Shown piece by piece: positions 6,008 to 13,809 of a stretch of DNA of 37,140 bases. The translations under genes were made by a program, and so were the position numbers. The DNA comes from a virus. Taxonomy: Duplodnaviria; Caudoviricetes. The stretch's first letter is position 1. Every line of letters starts with the position of its first letter. The DNA lies in IMG/VR virus record IMGVR_UViG_3300035670_000672, positions 1-37,140 of that record. One strand, written 5' to 3'. The notes beneath the pieces were generated by a model. The model ran no database searches and was not told where the DNA came from. It saw only the letters and a program-made list of their open reading frames with translations.

Positions 6008-6312
6008 TTGGCACTCCTGTAAACACCGTAACGGCTACCACTCGGCATCTGAACCATTCGCACAAGATCAATCCAGCCGCGCTTTCGCATGGTCTGTATG
6101 CAATGCCCATCCCCCCATGTATCTGCTTCCTGCAAATCCCACTTGGTGAATTCTTCTGGAAGTCGATCAAGGATCAGTCGCCAGCGGCGGAATGCTCTGT
6201 CCTGGATGACTCTGCTACCGGCACGCGACATGAGCGCACGGCCTAACTTCCGCGCTTCTTTCGGATTAGCCCTCAGAAGTTCAAGGTACTGATCTTTTTG
6301 AAGACGTTTCAC
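6004..6312 (-). CDS. Hypothetical protein, possibly winged-helix
   Basis: 102-aa basic ORF; GTGA overlap with the upstream gene. Confidence 0.6.
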   Translation of the reverse strand: MKRLQKDQYLELLRANPKEARKLGRALMSRAGSRVIQDRAFRRWRLILDRLPEEFTKWDLQEADTWGDGHCIQTMRKRGWIDLVRMVQMPSGSRYGVYRSAK

Positions 6313-6857
6313 TTTTCATCAACCTTTGTATATAGTCCGTGCGCGTCACGCTCAATCCATCCATATTGGAGTGCAAGTTTCAATTCACCGGCAACAGACT
6401 TCTTGCCGCAAAACTGCTTTACATCTTCAGCCCTGAAATCTGTATCGAGATGGCCTAGCAGTTCCTTGATTCGCCTGCGTGATTCAATGCTTGCCCTTGT
6501 TTCTGGACGCTTGCCGCTTGCGTGGTATTCACGCAGCTTGACAGACCGCTCCATTGATTCGGATTCAGCCTTGTAGGAGTAAGCAACAATCGCATCTCTA
6601 GCTCGCTCGGCATTAATGTCGAAAATGTCGCAGTACCACTCAAAACTGCGTGGCAACTTGTCGCCAGAAAACACCCATGTCATATCAAATGTCGCGCTGG
6701 GCACTTCAAGTCGCTGACCTGCACGGTATTCATTGATCGCTCTACGGTGCATATACAAGTCTTTTACGCACTGGTTAATGCCATCCATAAAGGCGGCTTT
6801 AGCCAGCCGTACATAACCATCGACTTGTTCTTCGGAGATTAGTACGGCGGTGTCCAT
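6309..6857 (-). CDS. Hypothetical phage protein
   Basis: 182 aa; TGATG-coupled; SFEWYCDIFDINAERARD motif; C-terminus resembles a winged helix. Confidence 0.7.
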   Translation of the reverse strand: MDTAVLISEEQVDGYVRLAKAAFMDGINQCVKDLYMHRRAINEYRAGQRLEVPSATFDMTWVFSGDKLPRSFEWYCDIFDINAERARDAIVAYSYKAESESMERSVKLREYHASGKRPETRASIESRRRIKELLGHLDTDFRAEDVKQFCGKKSVAGELKLALQYGWIERDAHGLYTKVDEK

Positions 6858-7102
6858 CAGAAAGGCACTTCGTCGTTGAATTCTGTTTTAACCTGTTTTG
6901 CAGTAGGTTTTTGTGCTGCTTTTGCCTCTTTAGGCTTGACAGACAGGCTCATAAACTTGCCGCTTTTGCCTTCCTTGATCCATGCAGACAACCAATAATC
7001 AGTACCTCCAACATTGATTGAACCGTTGTAATCAGGGTGGTTATCAGTTTCCTTGCGGTCATTCTTGAATAATGCACCACGATCAGTATTATCGTATTCC
7101 AA
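6857..7102 (-). CDS. Small ssDNA-binding-like protein (DUF736-like) with acidic SSB tail
   Basis: TTG start after AAGGA; GALFKNDRKETDNHPDYNGSI...YWLSAWIKEGKSGKFMSLSV; ends FNDEVPF; adjacent to the recombination genes. Confidence 0.75.
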   Translation of the reverse strand: MEYDNTDRGALFKNDRKETDNHPDYNGSINVGGTDYWLSAWIKEGKSGKFMSLSVKPKEAKAAQKPTAKQVKTEFNDEVPF

Positions 7103-7118
7103 TTTATTTCCTTTCAGA

Positions 7119-7328
7119 TTAAGAGTTAGATGCCTTATAGGCTTCCCATGCGACAATAGAATTCTCCATTACTTTCACTTGCGGCCCTTTATTGTAAGGA
7201 CAATGTTCCGTGGCCCAGAACTTGGCTATTTCCTCCATCCACTTCAAATTACTTTCGTACTTCTTGCACTCCAATTCAGATACAAACAACTTGCCATCTT
7301 TTGCCAGGAAGGCACTTACCATTTCCAT
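7119..7328 (-). CDS. Hypothetical phage protein
   Basis: AFLAKDGKLFVSELECKKYE motif; SD AAGGAG. Confidence 0.7.
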   Translation of the reverse strand: MEMVSAFLAKDGKLFVSELECKKYESNLKWMEEIAKFWATEHCPYNKGPQVKVMENSIVAWEAYKASNS

Positions 7329-7901
7329 TTACTTCTCCTTAGATTTGCGCTTCATGCGCGGTGGTTCTTGCTTGGTAATAACGTAATGCCAAAACTCTCT
7401 TGCACCGGCCATTATTTCCTCAAACGCATCATGGTCATACTCGACACGCTTGAGGAATGGCTCTCTAGTCTCGCTCCAACTCCAAAAATCAACCCACTTC
7501 CGACCAGTGCAGGCCAATTGAACCTGTATTTGGATCATGTATTCATCTGGCACTTCTTCATGCGGTATTCCGTTGAACCGGCATTTAACTTCCAGAAGCC
7601 CGTCAGAGCCGATATAACCGTCTGGAGAAGCTGCAAGCCATGTCACAATGGGATGCACCACTAAAGGCGCGGGATCAACGAATACGCCGGTCTTGCACTC
7701 ATATTCAGCGATTGCAATAGGTTCATTCTCAACGCCATACAACATTGCTTCGCTACGCTCGACTTCTGGCTCAAGTCCCATATATTGACGCCAGAGTTTT
7801 TGGCGGCTGGTGTACTTGGATTTGCCAATGGCTGCTGCAACCCGGCTACCCGTTAGTAGCTTCTTGCGTTGCTCAAACCATTCTTCGGTGCGTTGTTGCA
7901 T
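7329..7901 (-). CDS. YqaJ/lambda-exonuclease family 5'-3' exonuclease
   Basis: Start MQQRTEEWFEQRKKLLTGS (TAATG-coupled); YGVENEP, ASPDG, LLEVKC and YMIQIQVQL motifs. Confidence 0.9.
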   Translation of the reverse strand: MQQRTEEWFEQRKKLLTGSRVAAAIGKSKYTSRQKLWRQYMGLEPEVERSEAMLYGVENEPIAIAEYECKTGVFVDPAPLVVHPIVTWLAASPDGYIGSDGLLEVKCRFNGIPHEEVPDEYMIQIQVQLACTGRKWVDFWSWSETREPFLKRVEYDHDAFEEIMAGAREFWHYVITKQEPPRMKRKSKEK

Positions 7902-8416
7902 TACGCTGCTTCCAATTCTTTCCGCCGAGCAGAGAAGGCTTCCTGATTTGCAGAGCGTTCTTCTTCGCTCAACTTCTTCCACATTGCTTTTAACTGTTCC
8001 AAGTCTGAAGTTTTAATTTCCTTGGCGATCTTCTCGCTGGCTTCTTTCTTGGCTTCTTCCGGTAGGTCCTCGCCAGCGTAAACGTATAAGCCTAGTCCGT
8101 GGCAGGCGATAGCCTTCACCAGACAGCGCATCATGTTCTTGTTAATGTCGAATGCATTAGGCTGTGGAATGGCGCGGTTACGGTGATCCATAACTGGCAA
8201 CCACATATACACAGGCTTGCCGAAAGCCGTTACCACGCAGCTAACCATCATCGTGCCGTCTGGGTACACGGTTGGCTCATTCATGTGCCAGTTCGCATCA
8301 GGATCGTGCCGCATAAGCTGGTCAACTGCCCATGCCCAGGACAGGTATGAAAGCCCGTTCTTTTTCTCGATGTGTTCGCCTACGTTGATTGCGGATAATT
8401 TTTCAAAGTTGTTCAT
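7901..8416 (-). CDS. Single-strand annealing protein (DUF1071/Sak3-like)
   Basis: EKKNGLSYLSWAWA, WLPVMDHRN and RCLVKAIACHGLGLYVYAGEDLP; paired with the exonuclease. Confidence 0.88.
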   Translation of the reverse strand: MNNFEKLSAINVGEHIEKKNGLSYLSWAWAVDQLMRHDPDANWHMNEPTVYPDGTMMVSCVVTAFGKPVYMWLPVMDHRNRAIPQPNAFDINKNMMRCLVKAIACHGLGLYVYAGEDLPEEAKKEASEKIAKEIKTSDLEQLKAMWKKLSEEERSANQEAFSARRKELEAA

Positions 8417-8664
8417 GCTGCCTCCTTAAATGCCTTAATCAAATAATCACGTTCTGCACGCACATCATATTGTGCGGCCTCATACGCCGCCTTAAACGCC
8501 AGATCATCCAGCGTGTCGCTAACTCCTAGCAGGTCAATGGATTTGCCGTCCATGAACAACCAGATACCTGACAGCAATACTTCGCCATCGTCGCTTTCGT
8601 ACTCGACTTCCAACTCGACATTGCCGAGTGCGCCGAATGACGTTTCAAGTTCAACCGATTTCAT
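8413..8664 (-). CDS. Small acidic early protein
   Basis: 83 aa with 19 D/E vs 7 K/R; ATGA-coupled. Confidence 0.7.
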   Translation of the reverse strand: MKSVELETSFGALGNVELEVEYESDDGEVLLSGIWLFMDGKSIDLLGVSDTLDDLAFKAAYEAAQYDVRAERDYLIKAFKEAA

Positions 8665-8915
8665 GGCTCATCCTTTTCGTTGAATTGCTTGTCAGCCGCA
8701 TTGAGAGCAGCCACAAAGATGCCATCCTCCAAGTCGCTATCCAACAGGAATGAAGCGTCTTTGCCATCGCATTCAAGAGTCTCAAATTCCAGATCGGAAT
8801 CTTCTCCAGGGAATGCGTTATCTGGATGCCCGTATGAAGGACTGCCCGAATATCCAGGCGTGTAATTCACTTCTGCAATGAAGTACATGCCACTGTGTTT
8901 GAAGTCGATAATCAT
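8661..8915 (-). CDS. Small acidic early protein
   Basis: 84 aa with 19 D/E vs 4 K; TGATG-coupled. Confidence 0.7.
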   Translation of the reverse strand: MIIDFKHSGMYFIAEVNYTPGYSGSPSYGHPDNAFPGEDSDLEFETLECDGKDASFLLDSDLEDGIFVAALNAADKQFNEKDEP

Positions 8916-9088
8916 CAGAAGGCCTCAACTGGAATATGTTTTGCAAATGTCTTGCGAATGTCCGTGTGTTTGGAATCACGGTAATGGAAGTGCTTTCCCT
9001 CAAAACCGAACAATCCGCCCATCTTGATCCTGGCTGAAATCAGTTTCATTGCCAGCACAAACTCTGCGTGTGATTTGTAAGTTTTCAT
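8915..9088 (-). CDS. Small early protein (57 aa)
   Basis: MKTYKSHAEFV...FHYRDSKHTDIRKTFAKH; SD GAGG; coupled on both sides. Confidence 0.65.
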   Translation of the reverse strand: MKTYKSHAEFVLAMKLISARIKMGGLFGFEGKHFHYRDSKHTDIRKTFAKHIPVEAF

Positions 9089-9210
9089 GACCGCACCTCA
9101 AAAACACCATTGCCCTTGTGGTAAACCTTGCCGTTCAACTCTTTGGCAATCGCCGCAGCAGTACGCAAGGCAATCAATACAGTTGTAAAGCGAGAGTCAA
9201 TAACGATCAT
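9085..9210 (-). CDS. First pL gene, 41-aa hypothetical protein
   Basis: SD AGGAG 6 nt before ATG; MIVIDSRFTTVLIALRTAAAIAKELNGKVYHKGNGVFEVRS. Confidence 0.65.
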   Translation of the reverse strand: MIVIDSRFTTVLIALRTAAAIAKELNGKVYHKGNGVFEVRS

Positions 9211-9221
9211 GGCTATCTCCT

Positions 9222-9437
9222 AGTAATGGCCGCATCGGACTTATCACAATGACTGCTGGCCTGCCGTTCTCTGTTTCGGGCCTCGACAGATCGAGGAAGG
9301 AGCCGCTTATGGCGCTCACCCATATCTCTTTGCCGTTCCGGTGCGGTCTTTCCGTAGATTCACCGCTTCACTGTGGCCCGACTTCCTCTTGAGGCTGGCC
9401 TGCCCGGTTTGCTGCTGCACTAATTCCTTAGTGCATG
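9222..9437 (-). ncRNA. Structured 5' leader of the pL transcript (candidate cis-regulatory RNA)
   Basis: About 220 nt between pL and the first gene with no assigned CDS. Contains an 8-bp GGAA-loop hairpin, several 6-7-bp helices and an 11-nt direct repeat. Confidence 0.45.
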
Positions 9438-9442
9438 GACTG

Positions 9443-9487
9443 AATACTAGACCCTTAGTATTTTAAAGTCAACAAAACTTTAGTATT
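9443..9487 (-). promoter_or_regulatory. pL promoter with operator OL
   Basis: TTGACT (9472-9467), 17 bp, TAGTAT (9449-9444). Palindrome AATACTA-N6-TAGTATT at 9443-9462 and an extra half-site at 9481-9487. Confidence 0.85.
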
Positions 9488-9509
9488 TTCTTGGAAATTT
9501 TTTTAGGTG

Positions 9510-9830
9510 TTACTTGAACAAGGTTTTTGCAACGTCAAGCAGGACTTGCTTCTGTTCCTTGCTCAAGCCGCCAGTGTAGGTGGCGAACTCGGATTCAGTG
9601 ACTTCCGTTGCGGAACTTGATACCGGGCCTTTTCCTGTCTGTAGCCAAGCTGGCGAACACTCTAAAGCATGCGCGAGCCTTAGTAAATTCGGGCCTAGCG
9701 GGGCTGATGTTACATCTCTTTCGATAGCCGATACCGTACCCTGGATGATGCCAGCACGTTGGGCAACCTGCTCCTGCGTCATTCCTAACTCCCTTCGTCG
9801 TTGTCGTACTCTTTTGCCTATTGTATCCAT
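9510..9830 (-). CDS. cI: CI-like repressor (XRE HTH, 106 aa, no S24 peptidase domain)
   Basis: MDTIGKRVRQRRRELGMTQEQVAQRAGIIQGTVSAIE...LAHALECSPAWLQTGKG; SD GGAGGAG; lies between OL and OR, divergent from cro. Confidence 0.88.
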   Translation of the reverse strand: MDTIGKRVRQRRRELGMTQEQVAQRAGIIQGTVSAIERDVTSAPLGPNLLRLAHALECSPAWLQTGKGPVSSSATEVTESEFATYTGGLSKEQKQVLLDVAKTLFK

Positions 9831-9872
9831 GATCTCCTCCAGGTTCTCTCTCCATGAAGGATAGTCTAAAAA

Positions 9873-9917
9873 AATACTAACGGATTGTTGACAAGTGAAT
9901 ACTAAGCGTCTAGTATT
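9873..9917 (+). promoter_or_regulatory. pR promoter with operator OR
   Basis: TTGACA (9888-9893), 17 bp, TAGTAT (9911-9916). Palindrome AATACTA-N6-TAGTATT at 9898-9917 and a half-site at 9873-9879. Confidence 0.85.
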
Positions 9918-9924
9918 TTTCGTC

Positions 9925-10179
9925 ATGAACTTCCAAAACATCATCCTCGACCTGCAAAGGGCAGGGTTCTCCCAGGACTACATCGCCAAGTTGTGCGGTT
10001 GCGTGCAAGGGACTATCTCTGCGATTGCGTTAGGCAAAACGACAAACCCGACATTCTCTGTTGGTTTTGAATTGCAAAAGCTGCACAGAAGGCATTGCCG
10101 CAATGGCAAGTGCCGAGACACTGAAAAGGGAATCAATGCTTATAAAGACGCTGATAGATGCCGGGAAGGTGATCTATGA
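9925..10179 (+). CDS. cro: Cro-like HTH regulator, probably leaderless
   Basis: GFSQDYIAKLCGCVQGTISAIALGKTTNP; ATG is 8 nt after the -10 box with no SD. Confidence 0.82.
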   Translation: MNFQNIILDLQRAGFSQDYIAKLCGCVQGTISAIALGKTTNPTFSVGFELQKLHRRHCRNGKCRDTEKGINAYKDADRCREGDL

Positions 10180-10411
10180 CTACGACGAAGATGATCTATC
10201 TCGCTTTCGACAAGCGTATCGCAATGATCCGGATGGCCTTGAATCTTCGCTTGCTGCCGACCCGCTAATACAGTTTTACCTCAAATACGGATACATCAAT
10301 GAAGTCGCAAAAGTTGCAAGTTCTGGAAATGCTGAGAAAAGGCGTAGTGACGAGATTCAACGCATACGAGCGCGGGATTTTAAACGTAACCGCACGAATT
10401 ACCGACCTTAG
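10103..10411 (+). CDS. Hypothetical protein
   Basis: Fills the gap after cro but overlaps both neighbours substantially; start uncertain. Confidence 0.5.
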   Translation: MASAETLKRESMLIKTLIDAGKVIYDYDEDDLSRFRQAYRNDPDGLESSLAADPLIQFYLKYGYINEVAKVASSGNAEKRRSDEIQRIRARDFKRNRTNYRP

Positions 10412-10514
10412 AAATGACGGTCATGTAATCAGTTGCGAAATGGCTACGTCACCTCTGCACAACAACGGCCAGACAGAGTTTGGCCGCTGGCACCTTGTTA
10501 AAGAGGCAAATTGA
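10299..10514 (+). CDS. Small winged-HTH protein (HTH_39-like)
   Basis: SQKLQVLEMLRKG.VTRFNAY..GILNVTARITDLRNDGHVI pattern. Confidence 0.75.
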   Translation: MKSQKLQVLEMLRKGVVTRFNAYERGILNVTARITDLRNDGHVISCEMATSPLHNNGQTEFGRWHLVKEAN

Positions 10515-10621
10515 TGCGGTATTCGTTAAAGAGAATTCTTATTGACGGGTACAGCATTGGAGTTTTTTCGGCTGGATTCGTTACTTTTGTCTTTCGAATA
10601 TTCAGGTTGAGGGATGTATGA
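10514..10621 (+). CDS. 35-aa hypothetical protein
   Basis: MRYSLKRILIDGYSIGVFSAGFVTFVFRIFRLRDV; TGATG and ATGA coupling to its neighbours. Confidence 0.55.
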   Translation: MRYSLKRILIDGYSIGVFSAGFVTFVFRIFRLRDV

Positions 10622-11298
10622 GCCTAGACGCAATGAGATGGGCATTGATGCAGCAGGTAGGAAGATCATCGGCAAAGCTAGTTTTGATTTCACTGGCAGA
10701 CCGTGCAGACGAAGATAATTTCTGTTTCCCATCGGTTAGTCGGATTGAATTTGACACTGAACTTGACCGTAAAACAGTCATCGAGTGCATAACTTACCTT
10801 GAAGAAAAGAATCTGATTTCGGTAAATAGAGCTTCCGGTATGGGTAACAAGTACAGCCTTATTGGGGTTCCAAACAGGCATGAAACCAGTCCCAAAAACG
10901 GTACCAGTCCCAAAAACGGTACCAGTCCCAAAAACGGTACCAGTCCCAAAAACGGTACTGCTTTATCCACAACCAGTCCCAAAAACGGTACTGCTTTATC
11001 CACAACCAGTCCCAAAAACGGGACACTAACCATAGATATAAATACTAAAGACAAAAAACCAATGCCGGATTGGTTGCCTGTAGATGAATGGGATGGGTAT
11101 GTCGAGATGCGGAAGAAGATTAAAAAGCCGATGACGGACAGAGCGGTGTCAATCGCAATATCAAAACTTACAAAGTTCCGCGATCAAGGAATTGATGTGG
11201 CAGTTGTCCTTGACCAATCCGTAATGAACGGCTGGCAGGATTTGTACGAACCAAAGAACAACCGACAAACCAGATCATCTGGAGGTCTAGCACTATGA
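10618..11298 (+). CDS. Replication initiator (lambda O-like, N-terminal HTH_36-like) containing the origin
   Basis: AKLVLISLADRADEDNFCFPSVSRI..TELDRKTV; internal iteron block; C-terminal WDGYVEMRKKIKKPMT...SVMNGWQDL domain. Confidence 0.88.
   Translation: MSLDAMRWALMQQVGRSSAKLVLISLADRADEDNFCFPSVSRIEFDTELDRKTVIECITYLEEKNLISVNRASGMGNKYSLIGVPNRHETSPKNGTSPKNGTSPKNGTSPKNGTALSTTSPKNGTALSTTSPKNGTLTIDINTKDKKPMPDWLPVDEWDGYVEMRKKIKKPMTDRAVSIAISKLTKFRDQGIDVAVVLDQSVMNGWQDLYEPKNNRQTRSSGGLAL
10885..11022 (+). repeat. Replication origin: six 18-bp iterons with two DnaA boxes
   Basis: ACCAGTCCCAAAAACGGT starts at 10885, 10903, 10921, 10939, 10972 and 11005 (last base G in the final copy). TTATCCACA at 10963-10971 and 10996-11004. 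An A/T-rich tract follows. Confidence 0.9.
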
Positions 11299-12986
11299 AA
11301 ACATTTGCAGATTTTGGTATCAGCATCCCGCACAACAAATCTGGAGAAGTTTCAACGACCTGTCCGCAATGCTCAAACACACGCCGCAACAAGAGGGCGG
11401 CATGTCTTAGCGTGAACACAGAAAAAGGTGTGTGGAACTGCCACCATTGCGGCTGGACTGGAACCTTGAATGAAGGTGGCCGCAAACCTGTATACCTGCA
11501 CTGGCAGAAACCGGAGTATAAAAAACCGAAAGCGGCACCTGTACGCATGGTGAATAGCGCAAGGGAATGGCTCAATAATCGCGGCATTACAGACGAGGTT
11601 ATCGAGCGAAACAAGATCGGCGTAGGAACCGTATACATGCCTCAACTTGAGGAAGAAGTCTCCGCAATATCGTTTCCTTACTATCGCGGCGGCGAACTCA
11701 TCAACATCAAATGGCGGGACAGGGAAAAGCATTTCCGACTTGAGGCTGGCGCAGAACGCATCCTGTACGGAATTGATGACATAGCCGAGACAACAATCAT
11801 TGTTGAAGGCGAGATAGACAAACTTAGTGTTGAAGTAGCCGGGCTTAAAAACTGCGTATCAGTGCCAGATGGAGCACCAAGTGAAAAATCATCCGACTAC
11901 AGCCGAAAGTTCGATTTTCTGAATGATGGCAGGCTTGATTCAGTCAATACTTGGGTGATAGCCGTTGACAACGATGCGGCTGGAATTCGCCTAGAGGAAG
12001 AGCTATCCAGGCGTTTTGGCCGCGAGAACTGTATGAAGGTTGTCTGGCCTGAAGGATGTAAGGATGCAAACGAAGTGCTTCTGAAGCATGGAACTGAGGT
12101 TCTCAATGGTTGCATCGTCAATGCAAAGCATTATCCGGTTGATGGCATATACACAGTCGAAGATATGTCAGAGAGCCTTGATAACCTTTATTTCAACGGC
12201 TGGCCTGAAGGAACAAAAACAGGGTGGGGAGAGGTTGACCAGTTCTATACCGTGCAAGAAGGACAGTTCACGGTTGTTACTGGTGTTCCTAGCCACGGAA
12301 AGTCAGAATGGCTTGATGCAATGACAATCAACCTTGCAGAACAGGGTTGGGTGTTCGGAATGTTCTCTCCAGAAAATCAGCCTACACATTTCCACATGGC
12401 GAAACTGTTGGAAAAAGCATCCGGCGCGCGTTTCGGTTCAATGATGTCAAAAGACCAATACAAAAAATCAAAAGAATGGATTAACGCGCATTACCACTTC
12501 ATCGTTCCAGAAAAGCCATCGCTTGATGAAATACTGACAAGAGCAAGGATTCTTGTGCGAAGGCACGGAATGAATGGAATGGTTATTGATCCGTGGAATG
12601 AAATAGAGCATTTGCGCCCAGGTGCAATGAGCGAAACTGAATACATATCAGAGGCATTGACAAAAGTTCGTGTATTCGCAAGAAGTAACAACATCCATAT
12701 TTGGCTGGTAGCACATCCGACAAAACTACAAAAGCAATTGGATGGCACATATCCATGTCCAACTCCTTACGACATTAGTGGCTCTGCACACTGGAGAAAC
12801 AAAGCCGACAACTGTATTGCAGTTTGGAGGGATGTAATGGATGCAAGCAAACCAACGCAAGTACACGTCCAGAAAGTGCGCTTCAGATGGATCGGCAAAC
12901 CCGGCATGGCAGAACTGTTTTGGCAGCAAGAAAGTGGCCGATACACAGAACAGGCATCGAACTACTACTCATACGGCAAGCGTTAG
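11295..12986 (+). CDS. Bifunctional primase-helicase (T7 gp4/Twinkle-like)
   Basis: Zn finger CPQC...CHHC; TOPRIM IIVEGEIDKLS, AVDNDAAG and KDANE; SF4 helicase VVTGVPSHGKS, VIDPWN, LVAHP and ISGSAHW. Confidence 0.92.
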   Translation: MKTFADFGISIPHNKSGEVSTTCPQCSNTRRNKRAACLSVNTEKGVWNCHHCGWTGTLNEGGRKPVYLHWQKPEYKKPKAAPVRMVNSAREWLNNRGITDEVIERNKIGVGTVYMPQLEEEVSAISFPYYRGGELINIKWRDREKHFRLEAGAERILYGIDDIAETTIIVEGEIDKLSVEVAGLKNCVSVPDGAPSEKSSDYSRKFDFLNDGRLDSVNTWVIAVDNDAAGIRLEEELSRRFGRENCMKVVWPEGCKDANEVLLKHGTEVLNGCIVNAKHYPVDGIYTVEDMSESLDNLYFNGWPEGTKTGWGEVDQFYTVQEGQFTVVTGVPSHGKSEWLDAMTINLAEQGWVFGMFSPENQPTHFHMAKLLEKASGARFGSMMSKDQYKKSKEWINAHYHFIVPEKPSLDEILTRARILVRRHGMNGMVIDPWNEIEHLRPGAMSETEYISEALTKVRVFARSNNIHIWLVAHPTKLQKQLDGTYPCPTPYDISGSAHWRNKADNCIAVWRDVMDASKPTQVHVQKVRFRWIGKPGMAELFWQQESGRYTEQASNYYSYGKR

Positions 12987-13007
12987 TATCGTTTAGGAGG
13001 GTTTTAA

Positions 13008-13358
13008 ATGGCCTACAACGCGTTATCTCATTCAAAGGTAGGCAAGGGTATATGTCCGTGCTGTGGAGCGCGTCAAAAACGCTCTAATCAGCAGAACCGC
13101 AGATTGCACGAAATCTTCCGTCAGATTGTCGAGTGGCCAGCAGTCAGCAAGAAAGGGTTCACGGTTGAGCAAGTGAAAAGTTACCTTAAGGATCGCTACT
13201 TGGGGTATGACGAAATACGATTGCCGAATGGAAAGCTAATTCAGCAATTGAGAAGTACGGCTGAATTGAATACAGAAGAATTGAATCAATTCATGCTGCA
13301 TTGCGAAATGTGGTGTGCAGAAGTTGGTATTCCACTTAACTTTGAGAGTGATATATGA
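13008..13358 (+). CDS. NinB/Orf-like recombination protein
   Basis: KRSNQQNRRLH...RSTAELNTEELNQFMLHCEMWCAEVGI; SD AGGAGG. Confidence 0.8.
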   Translation: MAYNALSHSKVGKGICPCCGARQKRSNQQNRRLHEIFRQIVEWPAVSKKGFTVEQVKSYLKDRYLGYDEIRLPNGKLIQQLRSTAELNTEELNQFMLHCEMWCAEVGIPLNFESDI

Positions 13359-13561
13359 CCGATCCAATAGTTGAATCAGTACGCGACAAACTGCATTACA
13401 GAAGCAAATTAGGTATTCGCAAATACGGCACAGACATGACACGCACAGACCTGACAACACTGGATTGGCTGCACCACTTCCAGCAAGAACTGATGGACGG
13501 TTGTTTGTATGTTGAACGCATCATTCAGGATATGGAGAAGATGATTGAACAAGGCCGATAA
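13355..13561 (+). CDS. Small helical phage protein (possibly MazG-like fold)
   Basis: RSKLGIRKYGTDM.R.DL...DWLHHFQQELMDGCLY motif. Confidence 0.75.
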   Translation: MTDPIVESVRDKLHYRSKLGIRKYGTDMTRTDLTTLDWLHHFQQELMDGCLYVERIIQDMEKMIEQGR

Positions 13562-13808
13562 AGTCCACATTGGCAAGGTAAAGCAGATGCCGTGTGCAAT
13601 CTGTGGCGGTAGTCCAGTAGAGGTACACCACATCAGGGAAGGGCAGGGTATGGCGCAACGTGCTGGCAACTTCCTGACCATACCACTTTGCCAGCAATGC
13701 CATCGCGGCGAACAGGGCGTGCATGGCGACAAGACCATGCTGCGCGTCTACAAGACAAACGAACTCGATCTACTAAACGAAACACTCTCAACCTTATACG
13801 GGGCATAA
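13545..13808 (+). CDS. Zn-binding HNH-type nuclease (Ref/DUF968-like)
   Basis: PCAICG..VEVHHIREGQGM.QRA...TIPLCQQCHRG. Confidence 0.8.
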   Translation: MNKADKVHIGKVKQMPCAICGGSPVEVHHIREGQGMAQRAGNFLTIPLCQQCHRGEQGVHGDKTMLRVYKTNELDLLNETLSTLYGA

Positions 13809-13809
13809 C

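Noticed and set aside
9831-9944. ORF-track N-terminal extensions of cI (to 9944) and cro (from 9895)
   Set aside because: They run through the pR/OR region; the SD-supported ATG at 9830 and the ATG at 9925 fit the domain boundaries better.
10885-11022. Repeat array as a possible CRISPR
   Set aside because: Repeats are tandem or separated by identical 15-bp spacers and are in frame within the initiator gene, so they are iterons.
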